DNA of 64,000 nt from Mobula hypostoma (taxonomy: Eukaryota), in contig NC_086097.1 in NCBI RefSeq assembly GCF_963921235.1, positions 130,512,001 to 130,576,000 of the forward strand. The letters are read 5' to 3'. Under the pieces are notes generated by a model. It did not search any database, was not told the DNA's origin, and was given only the letters and a program-made list of their open reading frames with translations. Of this stretch, positions 12,701-27,340 are shown one piece after another. The translations under genes were made by a program, and so were the position numbers. Every line of letters starts with the position of its first letter. Positions within the stretch are counted from its first letter, which is position 1.

Positions 12701-15700
12701 CCAGGATATCAAAAATCAGAGAGCAACAGCAGCAAGGGAAAGGAGTACTTTGCAACATTTTCTTTTAACATACAGTATTTCACTGCCTTTAAGGATGTAA
12801 AAATCTTTTTGCTATTGTTTCCACAGAGTGGTGGGTGCATTGAACTTGCTTCCAGGAATGGTGGTGGAGGCAGATGCGATAGAGGTGTTTAACAGGTATT
12901 TAGATTGGCACATGAATGTGCAGAGAATGGAGGGATATGGACCTTATTTAAGTAAATGAGATTAGTTTAATTAGATATTTAATTATTAGCTTAATTAGCT
13001 TGGCACAACATCATAAATCAAAGGGCTTGTTCCTTTGCTGACTGTTCCATGCTTATGAGAACTGTATATTAAAATTCCATTAACCTAGCGTGGTTGGGAC
13101 TTTGGTGGTGTTAGAATTTAAGATTTCAACAATACAGTACTGGTCATTCCTCCAATTAATTACCCAGTATATTTAAATTCTTTTTGTTTTTGCTGTTACA
13201 CAGTGTTATCAGTAATTTCCAGCAAACCCAATAAGTTTAAAGGGATTCTGGGAACTGGATCCTCGGTGTGTTAAAGGGAGCACGGAAACCACAATTCTGA
13301 TGTATTAGAGGAAGCTCAGAAACTTGGGCTCCAGTGTCTTAAAGGGAGCAAAGGAAGGGCATGAAGTTGATGTTCTGTATATCTACCAAAACCAATAAGA
13401 AGCTAGGGCTACTGCATTTATGAGTTAGTGAATGTTGCGGCCTTAGTTAATGGCAAAAATCATCTCTGATATAGAAAATTAATTTTAGGTATGGCACCAT
13501 GCCTACAGATTTGAACTAAAGGAATGAAAAATATTGTAAATTCAAATGTTGACCTTTTGCTCTCTCTCTCTCTCTTAATTGCACCTTCCTCTCACTGTAT
13601 TTCACTTTCTATACATGATTTTCCATGGAATTAAACAGAGTAATTTACATTTCTAGTGTGTGGTTTAGTAAGAATTCTTCAATCTCATTGGCAGGAGAGC
13701 TGTGTCATTGCTTTCCCTGCAAGCACATCCCGTAGAGGGCACTTTGCTAAAAAAAAATATATCTTTAGTGACAGAATGTTGCTGTTAAACGGTAAGTAAG
13801 AACTTGTATATTGGCAGGTGCCATTCCTTCAATACTTACTGCTAGTTTACTAAGGAAGATCTATATGATACTAATACCCAGAGTACTTTGCAAGCCTCAC
13901 AAATAGGTGATGAAAGTCACCTTAGTATATTAAAATCTAACTATTGTATTTGTAATAAAAAGTAATCTTGTTGCCTTCTACAGAATGGTGCTCAATGTAG
14001 CACTTTGATTCATTAAGAATTAATGAACCAGCACAAATCCAAAAACACCATAAACCGATACAAAAGGAAAAGAGTGAATTTTAATCTCAGATCATGCTCA
14101 GTCCACTGATCCACAACTTGCAACTTGAAGCAGAAGCTGAAGAAGAATGCAAAAAAGCTACAATGCAGGAGTATTAGGTTATAGCTATTAATTACAGAAG
14201 AAAACTAAACATAGTTTCAATGGTTTAACATCAATTAAGCAACAATGAGGAGCAGTTATGCATCATTGGAAGTTCCCGAGGAGGACTTGGCTTATGCATT
14301 AGAGTGGAAAAGACAAATCATTAGAAGTCAGTAGCACTTCATTTTCACAGGAGTAAAAGTTGTTATGCATCAGACAGAAGAGGCAGACAATTCCTCACAT
14401 TATGTCTGGAGAGCAATGAGGAAAGTCTCAACACCCACGCACTGGGATATCCTCCAAGAGGGAAGCCTTAGACAATTGCATTAGGCTCTCTGAGTAAACA
14501 TGTTTTGCAGGTTTACATTGTTGAATTAAAAAAAAGGAGAGCTGTGGAAAATAAAAATGCAGTGGGAAGGGGAGCAAAGAGTGGAAAATTATCCCAAAGG
14601 AAAGAGGTTAATTTTCAATATATGACTGCATTAGGGTCTTACTAACACACAAAGGCACCTTTTAAATGAAAATACATCTTTTGTATGCGCACTAAGAAAA
14701 ATAATTATGTTGGTCTTTTGTGGAATGAAGCATAACACTGCACTCTGATTCACTAAAGATCAATGAAACAACAGAAATCAATAGAAAGATATAACTGTAC
14801 AAAAGGAAAATAGTGTATTTTGATATCATGTCACTCTCGACCCATTGGCAAACAATTGTCAGAGTAGTGGCAGGGGTTTATATTATTTACTTCATAAGAG
14901 AAGTAGGCTGGCTATTATAAAGTTACCTGCTTGGTAACTTCATCATTGCCAGCCTACTTCTTTTGTGTGAGAGGTGTTACATTGAGTTATAGAGAAAGGT
15001 TGAAATTATTCAAAATTTGTAAAAGAAAACTTTAGGAGTAAAGAACAACAATAGTTGGACATCTCATGTGTATCTTTCATCTGAAGAATTCTACTGTAAC
15101 TGTAATTTTAAGGAACATTTTGGAGTAAACCTAGGTGTTGTCAACTTGAGAAGATGACACTCTAGGAGATGAACAATTATTTCCAACTGCTCCACCCACA
15201 GGTTCACAGCACAACTCACCAGCCGTGCTAATCCTCAGAGACTCTGTCCTCTGAAGCTGACGAATAAGCAAACAGATATCTTATTACCTCATTTGATGGT
15301 TGCCTAATATTCAACAATGCCATAATTAATAAACAAAAGAGACAAAAAAGAATGAAACAGACAATCAACCTAAACTGTACACGCTTTATGTTTATTGTAG
15401 TAACTTAACCACTTCAGAGTCCGCTTGCAAAATAAATCCTTCCCTTTCTTGTTTTAAATCCCATTACTGTATTACATTTCTCCAGAGATGCTCACAGTAA
15501 ACCCTGCAGATTAATATTCAATTTCAGGAGAGTTTTTAAAAAATCTTGATTATTCCCATACTTGCAATAATTCTGCTGCTATCATGTTATTGTGTTGGGA
15601 ATTAGCATCTATTGTTCAGTCTCGTCTGTGCCGACAGACCTGTCATCATCTGGATGTGCCTTGCTAGGAAAACATCTGTTCCAAAGCACCTAATTTTCAG

Positions 15701-15931
15701 TGGATTAAATATCCAGACTTAATGAGAGAAAGGCCAGAGAGTGATTTCATGCATGCGCCTATCTCATATTTTGACCTTACTGAAGCATTTACCAGGAGCC
15801 CTAACTGCTGTTGCCTCAACATTTATTGGCATCTGTCCAATCAATCCAGACTGAAAAATTACCTTCCTTAGGGAACTACCCCTTGCTCTGAGTCATTTGT
15901 AGATGAAAAAACAACCTCCCATTCCCCTGCA

Positions 15932-15934
<3 letters not shown>

Positions 15935-15975
<41 letters not shown>
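15935..15975. repeat. (CA)20 microsatellite
   Basis: Perfect CA run. Confidence 0.98.
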
Positions 15976-15978
<3 letters not shown>

Positions 15979-18334
15979 TAATATTAACTGGATTTTATCA
16001 CAAAAATAACTCAATGCAAAGAATGCCTAGACATAATGTCACATAATGTCAAACTCCCCTAAGAAGCTACCAAGTGGTTATGTACAGTGAACCACGGACC
16101 CACAAATATTACCTGACTATTTTGTTCTCTTTTTGTATCATTTATTTTTAAATACTGTATTATAGTAAGTTTTATATACTGCACTGTACTGCTGCTGCAA
16201 ATTGACAAATTTCATGATATATGTCAGCGATAGTAAACCTGATTCTGATCCTGATGTTCAGTTGATGGCTCCCAGTTCAACAGGTTTCCACAGGCAGCTG
16301 TGGAATTTATAGATTGTGCCAGCATCAGGGAAACCCTCCAAAATTATAACCTTAAAAGAAGGATCCTCCCATGCAGGTCAAGCTTATGACTCATAAATTC
16401 TAACACTGCCACTGTTAGGGAATAGTTATTTGAAAGATAGCCATAAAATATGAACTTTCTTCACAAAATGCGCTTGGAGACCTCAGCCAAACAAAAGAAA
16501 AATGTCTTTGCTATGAGAAACTTTTTTCCTGGTTCAAACTCAATCACTATTGTAATCAGAACTAAGGAGTTCAAGCCAGGATAAGATTAACCCCTAACAG
16601 AACTCAGTTATATTAAACGTCCTCTCTAACAGTCTTGCTATCTGCTCATGGTTAGCTGCTTTGTAAACGATAAGGCTACATATGGAACTCGAGAGGGATT
16701 TAAATAGATTATGGGCGATGCGTTTTTAATTTTTGTGAATCGTTCATTTGCAAGGTGTCTTTTGAAAGAATCTTCCAGCAGGAATTAAGATAAAGAACTT
16801 TGCAGCACTGTTCTATGATGGCATTTACCAGGTGGAGTTTCACAATCACACAGTCTCTATCAATCATCAAAGAAAGCACATTTGGCTAGCTTCCAGAATG
16901 ATAGAAAAAAAACTATCCTTGCTAGAGAGAAAAAGGAACAAACTAAATAGACTGGCTTTGAGACAAAATTACCGCTAGCTGACATTACTAGAAAAAAGCG
17001 TTTTATTGCGCACGAAAAGAGCATTAGTTTTGGTGTCACTTTTGGCTCAGCAATTAGTGCTCCCACAAGAAGTCATGGGTTCGACTTTATTCTCGGAGAA
17101 TTCACAGGAGAGCATTTTCTTGGCTGACACGGCAGCATAGCACTGAAAATGTCCCACTGGAGATACTGTCTTTAGGTGCGGCATTAAATGAAGATACTCG
17201 CTTCTAGATTCTTTGATCCCATAGCACTGTTGGATAGGAGAGGATTTCCCCTGTCATCTAGACCTATATTTATCCATCCACCCAACAGTACTAAATCAAC
17301 TGACGAAGACAATCATTTCACTGCACTTTGATGAAACATCCTCCACACTGAATGATATAACAATAACTACATCTCAAAGGTATTTCTTTAACTATGAAGT
17401 AACTGCAATGCCTTAGAGTAATGAAAGATGATATATAAATCATTTTAATATGTCTATGCATGGTAAGAATTATGCAAAATAAAATTTCCAAAGCCAGCCC
17501 TTCACATATATGGAAAATCAGTATAAATTGGGACTCATGATCAAAGCACATTCTTTTCAGGTAAAAATATTTGCCTAAAGAGAGCAAGGATCAATCTTCA
17601 AACAAATGTACAAAAGCAATACAATAAAGATTGCCTTGTGTTTTATTCATTTATTTATTTTGTGAAACAATGCGGAGAAGGCCCTTTGAGCCACACCGTC
17701 TGATTAACCCTATAAATACAGAAACCTACAAACCCAGAACAGATACTTAAACTAGATGCCAATCAAATTCAAACAGCAGCTGCACAAATAGAAATTCCTG
17801 GTCATTTCTGTCAAAGTGCTTTGGTCCTTAATCAGTTGCATAAAACCTGAGATCACGATTAGATCTTACAGCCTTTGCAGTATTTGTACTTAGTTCATAT
17901 AACCTGGGGAGTCAAGTAAATGGTGCTCTGAGCAATAAATTTGTATCTAACTTAAACACTTGACGCCCTTGGATTGGTAATTTCAAACACATAATATGGT
18001 AACGTAGGCACAATATACACTAATTCTGAAGTCAGCACTAATTAACATGACTGAGCTGCAGAAGTGTTCTACTCCCAGTTGTTCAGCATTACTAACCCAA
18101 GGATGAAATATGCCCTATGACATAAACATTTTCTTGTGTCCAATCTCGCAAAAAGTAAAGCTTTAAGAGAAGAAATTGCTTAGTCAAAATATAAAAAAAC
18201 TACTACAGTTAAGAACACTTAAGCATTAATATGTTAAATAAACTATGAAAGCAGCGAGAACAGAATTAGCTCAAATTTCAAGCAAAAGAATAGCATATAT
18301 AAGGTCAGGAGATGTCAGGCTTCTTCCAACTTAC

Positions 18335-18475
18335 CTGCTGCTTTTTCCACAAAAATGACCTTTGACTCTGCAAGAAAGTTGTGGCCATTTAAAATCATCA
18401 TCTTTCCACCAGTCACAGGAAACCTGTCAATGCTTTGCTTTTCAATCAGTGGCAACTCCTGGGCAGACCTTTGAG
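18335..18475 (-). CDS. NFATC1: NFAT (NFATC1-like) coding exon, RHD-IPT/TIG junction (141 bp)
   Basis: Translates (S)[46 protein letters not shown]. ttcag acceptor at 18476-18480, gtaagt donor at 18329-18334. Phase joins the previous exon (T+CT = Ser). Confidence 0.93.
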
Positions 18476-20340
18476 CTGAAAGTAAAGAGACACATGAAGC
18501 ACAGGGCAAAGAATTTCAAGAAGGGCATTGTATGCTGTGGAATGTTAGTTATTTTTTAATTTGTTAATTTTTGACATTCATCACCCATTTCTTATTGCCC
18601 TGGAGAAGGTGGTGGTGCGTTTTCATCTTGAACTATTGCAGTTCTTCTCTGGGAGTTCCAGGGCTTAGACCCAGTGACAGTTAAGGACCAGTGATATATT
18701 TCAGAATGATGTGTAACTTGAGGGAGAATGAAGTAACAACTCCATGCATGTCCTGCTCTTGTGTGACTTAGTGGTAGAGATTATGGGATTGGAAGATGCT
18801 ATTGGAATAGTCTAAACAACTAATCGCGGTGAACTTTATCAAAGACGTACACTGCAGCCATCATGGAGTAATAGTGGAAGTTAATGGAACACAGTCATTG
18901 ATGGGACATCATTACAGTTAGCATATATTTCTTAATTTTTTGATGTTTCTTGACATGAACTACTTAGACTGCATACTATATTATCATTCTATAGCTAATT
19001 CACAACTTGAAAAGAAAAAATTAAAAATCCAGCAATATAAATCACAAAATGTTCCATTTAGAGTTCACAAGAAAATGGATATAGAGATAACACCCTGGCC
19101 TTTGTGAAAATTCTTAGTAAGTGTTTTTAAATATCCCTTAAATTTTAAAATCACTGAATAGTTAGTTGAGAGTTCCAAGACCGTACACATCAAAACTATT
19201 TTGGGTTGGGCATTTATAAATCTTTTGTAATAGCCCCTCAAGACAACAAAGCAGAATTGACTTGAATCAAATGATTAAAAATCTTTCTTCTATAACTGAA
19301 AGTTTTCCTGGCAGAAATGCTCACCATCAGGAGTCTGCTGCTTTAGTTTGAGACTGCCCAAAATCAAAAACAGAAGCACAGAGATATTCAACGTTTTATT
19401 AATTAGCATCTAATCCGTTCCAAGATTTGATTCATTGAATTGATACTGGATAGAAATTCTACATTGGTCTCTTGCCATCATTCTATTGAGAGTCTGCAAA
19501 AATCTCAGCACAGCTCAAATAATTCTTATATACTTAGGTTCACATATACCCATATGACCATCAACGGATTTGATTTCTAGATGTGATACTTCATTACTAT
19601 ACAAAAGTCACTCATATGGCGTCGGTGGGTAGAATTTAGGTTGTTCAAGGATTTGTTTGAATTGGTTTAAGTAGAATCCCCTGCTTTGTGTAAAATGATG
19701 AGCTGTTTAAGAACAGTAGGGAGACAGCATTGATTAGAGATGTAGTTAACATTACTAGTGGCTTTGCCAGCATTGCGTGCAGTGGGTGGAGTGAGGTGTT
19801 GCCTGGTGGAGGCAAAAACAAGAGTGTAAAATATCACAGGGTCAATGGTAGCAGATGTTAAAGCATTATACTGACTGCATGGGGAGCTGACTAAAATTGG
19901 AATCAATGGATGGTAATAGTCAATATCATGACCACCCACAAAGCACTTGTGATTGGATCCAGTTAACCTCATTATGCACTTCTAAACACTGCAGTTCTAC
20001 TCTGTTTTTGGCAAAATCAAGTACATCAGACTTAGAATCACACTAATCTATTGCATAAAGTTACACCACCCACCCATTGTGTTCCTTCAAGGTACTGAGA
20101 CTAATCTCAAATAGTCTCCGGCTCTATGGGTTATGGCGCAGAAAGAGCTCAATGAAAATTATTTTTAAATGAGATGGCTTCTGCCTCAACAGGATGTTCA
20201 GTCCATGAGTTCCAAGCTCCAAACAGTTATAGAGTCATACAACATAGAACAAGTCCTTCGGCCCAACTCGGTCTATGCTGTCTGTGTTGCCCAGTGAGCT
20301 ACTGCCATCTGCTTGATTCTCAAAGTTCAAAGTAAATTTA

Positions 20341-20482
20341 GTCTCACTTCAGTCCTGAAGAAGGGTCTCGGCCCAAAAGGTTGACCATTTACTCTTTTCC
20401 ATAGATGTTGCCTGACCTGCTAAATTCTCCAGAATTTTGTGTGTGCTGCTCTGGATTTCCAGCATCTGCAGACTTTCTTGTG
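20341..20482 (+). mobile_element. Short Penelope 3'-tail stub with a mutated hammerhead motif
   Basis: AGTC-CTGAAGA-AGGGTCTCGGCCC-AAAAGGTT-GACC followed by AGATGTTG...CAGCATCT; homologous to 44927-45050. Confidence 0.7.
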
Positions 20483-20830
20483 ATTATAATAACAATAAAT
20501 AAGCAATAAATTTTGAGAATAGTTTATCGTGTTTATAATAATAATAATAATAATAAATAAGCAACTTTTTGAGATGAAGAGTCCTTGGAAGGGATCTATA
20601 AGTTGTGGGAACAGTTCAGTGTTGAGGTGAGGGTAGTTGAGTGAAATTATCCCCTTTGGTTCTGGTTGAGGGGTAAGAACAGCTCCTGATGTTGTGGGTC
20701 CTGAGGCTCTGTACCTTTTTCCTGATAGCAGCAGTGAGAAGGGAGTATGGCCTGGATGGTGGAGGTCATTGATGATGAGTGTGGCTTTTCTGCAACAGCT
20801 CTCCATGTAGATGCGCTCAATGGTGCATAA
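20483..20830 (-). mobile_element. Rex1/Babar-type LINE 3' fragment or derived SINE
   Basis: Translates IERIYMESCCRKATLIINDLHHPGHTPFSLLLSGKRYR, the same C-terminal motif as 25938-26363. Related copies at 22112-22570 (-), 23390-23690 (+) and 57200-57722 (+). Confidence 0.65.
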
Positions 20831-23800
20831 ACCTCTAAACATCCCGTATCAATGTACTTATCTAGTTGAAATGCATGCTTTCATGAATTACACTTGATGT
20901 ATACAATGTCCTCCTCATCACTCCTCTAATTCTTCTATAAATAACCTCTTGTTCCTGAGGGAAAATAAGTCCTTCCTATTCTCCCTAGCAAGGCTTTCCA
21001 TACTTTGCTATGCCTCTGATGACCTCAACACCCAGGTAAATGCTTCATCATTACATTTTTCAGATAAGTAAAACTGTTTGCAGAAGACAAACTAATCCGA
21101 GAGCAGAAAAGCTGCAGATGCCAGAATTCTGAAATTCAAAGAAAAAAATGCTGGAAGTGCTCAATAGGGCAGTCAGCTTCTTTGGAGAAAGAAGCAAGAG
21201 GAAATGATTCAGTTCACTGAACTTTCATCAGAAATGAAAAAGCAAGAAAAATGTTTGAAGTGGCAGGGAGTGGTGGAGCAGGAAGTAGGGAGAACAGAGA
21301 ATGAAGGAAATGAGCATTAGTTGTCTGACACACAGCTTAGTTTTTCCACTACTCTATTTTCTGGAGTGGCATTGAATCACACACTTCAGTTGCTTCTTTT
21401 TTTTAATTTATGAGATACAGGTATCACCCTCCTGGGCCTGTATTTATTGTCCCTGCCCCAAGAAGCTGGTGGTGAGCTGTCATCTTTAACATTTGTAGTC
21501 TGTGTGACAGGTTGTTTGCTCCCATGCTTTTCCAGTATTGTGATCCAGTGACGAAGAAGGAAATGAAATACAGTTCCAAGACAGAATCACAAGCTTTAGC
21601 TTCTCACACCAATCTGATTTCACACACTCCAACTGATGTAGAATAGATTACTTTAACAGAGCTACAGTGGGACATATTTTTCAATCTTTTTAGATAATCC
21701 TAGCCCTCCAAATAAGGTGAGATAATTGACTTTAGAAGAGTTACAATGGGATGGCTTTTTGCATTCTTTTATAATTACACCCTTCCAACTAAGATTGGAT
21801 AAGTGCCGTTAGTGGAATTATGATGGGTTACCTTTTACTTTTCTTTTCACTCCTGAATTTTTTTTGTTCAACAGAGTATGTTACAGGTTACACACAGCTG
21901 TACTGGGGGACACAGGCAAGTAATCCAGAATCACCTACTCTCTACCTCGGATGGGTGGAGTATCCAATTTAGTGTTCCACATGGCTAGTAAGGAACAATA
22001 TCCAAACAACTGTCATACCTCTGTCTGAACAGCCTTGATTTTAAATAAAAACTTAGGAGCTACATTGTTTTTGAATGAATATCTTGTCCATATGAATAAA
22101 TCTACTCCTATCAAAGTTCAAAGTAAACTTATTATCAAAATACATAGTATATGTCACTATATACAACCCTGAACAGACAACCAATCTGCAAAGGAAAACA
22201 AACTGTACAAATATGAAAGTGAAAAGGATTGTAATACTTAACTAAGTAATAAATATCAAGAGCATGAGATGAAGAGTCCATGAAAGTGAGCCCATTGATT
22301 GTGGGAACGGTTGAATGAAGTTACCCCTCTGGTTCGGGAGCCTGCTGATTGAGGGGTAATAACTGTTCTGTGGTGTGAGTCCTAAGGCTGCTGTACGTTC
22401 TTACTGATGGCAGCAGGTAGAAGAGAGCATAGCCTGGGTGGTGGAGGCCCTTGATCATGGATGCTGCTTTTCCGCCGCAGCGCTTTGCGTAGGTGTGCTC
22501 AGTGGTGGGGAGGATTTTACTCATAATGGACTGGGTCGTATCCACTACTTTTTGTAGGATTTTCCATTCAGTAACTTTTGAAAATATAGACATCCAATTA
22601 CTGTCATTAATATCATCTTAGAGACTATGGCAAATAAAAGCACCATAGTGGTTTTGTTGGTACATGGATTCTGACAAGATGACTCTCACTTGGCCATCTG
22701 GAGGAAGTGGCAAGGTTGTAATTCTCACTCCAGGCAATGAAACAGTAAGTAATAAAAACATGCAGGTGTTTTAATCCCTTCTCTGCCATTAACATGAAAA
22801 CAAATAACACACAGCTATCAAACAAACTGTACAATAAATTTCGGTTGTTGGGACAGACCTTCCACTACCTCATACTCTGTGGTGTTTTTCTGAATTTCAT
22901 TCCCGCCATTATGGGGTAGAATTGTGCAAAGTCCTAAGGTCTTGAGTGGCAGAGAAGCCAGGCAAAGCATAAAAATGGGAGCAGTAACACTTTTGTTCTT
23001 TCTGTGACTGAATGATAATGAGTGTGTGTCTGTGAACTGATGTTTGACTGTCTGCTACTGTTTATGCGAGTGCATGTGTGCACATATGTGCAAGTGTGTA
23101 TGTTTCTGTTTCTTATTAGCTTTCTCATGATCCATCTCATGTAACATTTTGTTAGATGACTCCATTGTGAGGTAAGCATGAGTCTCATTCCCTCGCTGGA
23201 AAGGCAGGAAAGCTCAGAAAGCGGACAAAGCGAGCAGGCAGTGGTAATGCATTCAGAATCTGTTCGTGAGTCATCGACATGGGCCTTCACTGGGTGCGTC
23301 AGTTTCATGCTGCAGCCTTCTTTCTTCTGGAACATGGGTCAGGGAAGAGCTGGTGCAGTTCCCACAGCATGTCACAGGACTGTCACACACGCACGGAGAA
23401 ATAAATCATCCATCGTTAAGGACCCCCACCATCCAGGACATGTCTCTTCTCATTATTACCACCAGGGAGCTGGTAAAGGAGCTGAAGATGCACACACAGT
23501 GTTTTAGGAACAGCTTCTTTCCCTCTGCTGTCATATTTCTAAACAGCCAATGAACACTACCTCACTATACCTCTTTTGCACTATTATTTGCTTTTTTATT
23601 GTATCTTCTAGCAACTCTAACATCTTGCACTACTGCCACAGAACAACAAATTTTATGCCATATGTCAGTGATAATCCATTTCACTCTGAAACAAATCTAC
23701 ATGCACACACGCACACATTGGAAATACTTACACAAGCACACAGGGAAACAGTCTTACAACCTTGTGTACAAGTACACACACACACACACACACACCCACC

Positions 23801-23837
23801 CCTACACTTCAAATTAAGACAGATCAAAGTATATAAC

Positions 23838-25916
23838 AGACAATAGACAATAGGTGCAGAAGTAGACTATTCGGCCCTTCGAGCCTGCACTGCCATTCTG
23901 AGATCATGGCTGATCATCTACTATCAATACTCGGTTCCTGCCTTGTCCCCATAACTCTTGATTCCCCTATCCATAAGATACCTATCTAGCTCCTTCTTGA
24001 AAGCAGCCAGAGAATTGGCCTCCACTGTCTTCTGAGGCTGCGCGTTCCACACCTCCACAACTCTCTGGGAGAAGAAGTTTCTCCTCAACTCTGTCCTAAA
24101 TGACCTACCCCTTATTCTTAAACCATGCCCTCTGGTACTGGACTCTCCCAGCATCTGGAACATATTTCCTGCCTCTATCTTGTCCAATCCTTTAATAATC
24201 TTATATGTCTCAATCAGATCCCCCCTCAATCTCCTTAATTCCAGCGTGTACAAGCCCAGTCTCTCTAACCTCTCTGCGTAAGACAGTCCAGACATCCCAG
24301 GAATTAACCTAGTGAACCTATGCTGCACCTCCTCCACAGCCAGGATGTCCTTCCTTAACCCTGGAGATGAAAACTGCACACAATACTCCAGGTGTGGTCT
24401 CACCAGGGCCCTGTACAAATGAAAAAGGATTTCCTTGCTCTTGTACTCAATTCCCTTCGTAATAAAGGCCAACATTCCATTAGCCTTCTTCACAGCCTGC
24501 TGCACTTGCTCATTCACCTTCAGAGACTGATGAACAAGTACTCCTAGATCTCTTTGTATTTCACCCTTACCTAACTCCACACCGTTCAGATAATAATCTG
24601 CCTTCCTGTTCTTGCTCCCAAAGTGAATAATCTCACACTTATTCACATTAAACACCATCTGCCAAGTTTCTGCCCACTCACCCAGCCTATCCAAGCCACT
24701 TTGAATTCTCCTAACATTCTCAGCACGTAACACTGCCACCCAGCTTAGTATCATCAGCAAACTTGCTGATGTTATTCACAATGCCTTCCTCTAAATCATT
24801 GATGTAAATCGTAAACAGCTGAAGTCCCAATACCGAGCCCTGTGGCACCCCATTAGTCACCACCTGCCATTCCGGGAAACACCCATTCACTGCTACCCTT
24901 TGCTTTCTATCTGCCAACCAGTTTTCTATCCATGTCAATATCCTCCCCCCAATGCCATGAGCTCTGATTTTACCCATCAATCTCCTATGTGGTACCTTAT
25001 CAAATGCCTTCTGAAAGTCAAGGTACACCACATCCACTGGATCTCCCGCGTCTATCTTCCTGGTTACATCCTCGAAAAACTCCAATAGATTAGTCAAGCA
25101 TGATTTGCCCTTGGTAAATCCATGCTGGCTTGGCCCAATCCTATCACTGCTATCAAGATATGCCGCTATTTCATCTTTAATAATGGCTCTAGCATCTTCC
25201 CCACTACTGATGTTAGGCTAACAGGGCCATAGTTCTCTGTTTTCTCCCTCCCTCCTTTCTTAAAAAGTGGGATAACATTAGCCATTCGCCAATTCTCAGG
25301 AACTGATCCTGAATCTAAGGAACATTGGAAAATGATCATCGATGCATCCACAATTTCCAGAGCCACCTCCTTTAGTACCCTAGGGTGCAGACCATCTGGA
25401 CCTGGGGATTCGTTAGCCCTCAGTCCCATCAGTCTACTCAACACCGTTTCCTTCCTAATGTCAATCTGTTTCCGTTCCTCTGTTACCCTATGTCCTTGGC
25501 CCATCCATACATCTGGGAGATTGCTAGTGAAGACAGATCCAAAGTACTTATTAAATTCATCTGCCATTTCTCTGTTTCTCATAACAATTTCTCCCAATTC
25601 ATTCTTCATGGGCCCAACATTGTTCTTAACTATCTCCCTTCTCTTCACATACCTAAAAAAATTTTTGCTATCCTCCTTTATATCCCTAGCTAGCTTGCGT
25701 TCATACCTCATTTTTTCTCCCCGTATAGCCTTTTTAGTTAAGTTCTGTTGTTCCTTAAAAATTTCCCAATCACCTTAGCTCTGTTATACTTCTTTTTTAA
25801 TGCTATGCTATCTCTGACTTCCTTTGTCAACCACTGTGGCCACTTTCCCCCCTTTGAATCCTTCCTTCTCCGGGGGATGAACTGATTTTGCACCTTGTGC
25901 ATTATTCCCAAGAATA
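23838..25916 (-). mobile_element. CR1 LINE, 5'-truncated, ORF2 RT with frameshifts
   Basis: [46 protein letters not shown] and LYRALVRPHLEYCVQF motifs; short repeated tail (AGACAAT on +) at 23838. Confidence 0.93.
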
Positions 25917-25919
25917 CAT

Positions 25920-27340
25920 ACCAACATAGAATATAATTTAATTAAACCTTACATCGATCCCACAACATGAGGGAGTAAAACTCTTTGCGTTATGATTCTG
26001 TCGCAATGTACAGACATGTGAATTTAAAAGTCTAATGGCTTGTAGAAAGAAGCTGTCCTGTAGCCTGACAGTCCTGGCTTTAATGCTGTGGTACCGTTTA
26101 CCAGATGTAAGCAGCCGAAACAGTTTATGGTTGGGGTGACTGGTGTCCCCAATGATCTTCCAGACTTTCTTTCTGTACCTGCTGCTATAAATGTCCTCAA
26201 TGGAGGGAAGTTCACATCCATAGATGTGCTGGGCTGTCTGTATCACTCTCTGAAGTGCCCAGTGATCGGGGTTGGTGCAGTTCCCATACCAGATGGTGTT
26301 ACAGCCAGTCAGTATGCTCTTAATGGTGCCCCTATAGAAAGTCTTGAGGATTTGGGGGCCCATACTGAACTTCTTCAGTCACCTGAGGCAGAAGAAATGC
26401 TGTTGTGCTTGTTTTGCCACAAAGCCAGTATGTACAGTCCGGGTGAGATCTTCGGTGATGTGTATACTGAGGAAATTGAAACTACTCGCCCTCTCAACTG
26501 CAGACCCATTGACGTTGATCGGGCCGAGCTTGCCTCCATTCCTCCTGTAATCCACAATCAGCTCTTTTGTTTTTCGGACATTGAGAGTGAGGTTGTTATC
26601 CTTGGTCAAGGTGTCAACCTCTCCTCTGTAGGCTGTCTCATCACCGCTAGAAATAAGGCCGATCAAAGCCATGTCATCTGCGAATTTGATCAGCAGATTG
26701 GATCTGTCTGTGGCAGCACACAGTCGTGGGTGTACAGGGAATAGAGGAGGGGACTCAGGACACAACCCTGGGGGGGGTAACTGTGTTGAGGGTCAGAGCA
26801 GCAGAGGTGAGGGAGCCCATCCTTAATATCTGTCAGCGATCCAATTAAAAAGTCTAGGATCCACTTGCAAAAGGCAGGGTGCAGGCTGAGGTCTCTGAGC
26901 TTCCTGTCAAGTCTGGAGGGAATTATGGTGTTGAATGCTGAACTGTAGTCAAGGCACAGCATTCTAACGTATGCATCCCTCTTCTCCAGGTAAGTGAGGA
27001 CGGTGTGTAGTGCTGTGGCTAAAGCGTTATTGGTAGACCAGTTCCGTCAGTAGCGAGTTGTAGGGGGAGCAGTGTGGTTCGTAGCATGCTGCAGATGTAG
27101 TCTTCAACCAGCCTCTCAAATCATTTGCTTATAATTGAGATCAGTGCGACAGGGCACCAATCATTCAGGCATGCTACCTTGGTTTTCTTAGGTACAAGGA
27201 CAATGATGGACGATTTGAAATAGGAGGGCACCACACACTGGGAGAGGGAGAGATTAAAAGTGTCCATAAACACAACAGCCAGCTGTTCAGCACACACTTT
27301 GAGGATGCACCATACTGGGCGTTGTTGGCATCCGAACGTC
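25920..27340 (-). mobile_element. Rex1/Babar-like LINE fragment (RT)
   Basis: DYSSAFNTIIP, PQGCVLSPLLYSLYTHDC, KFADD, NNLTLNVRKTKELIVDYRR and FYRGTIKSILT motifs. Confidence 0.85.

Noticed and set aside
15776..15840. Candidate next NFAT exon (ag...gtaag on minus)
   Set aside because: It has an in-frame stop and no DGHH.WE similarity.
26088..26744. 218-aa plus-strand ORF
   Set aside because: It is the antisense shadow of the Rex1-like RT.
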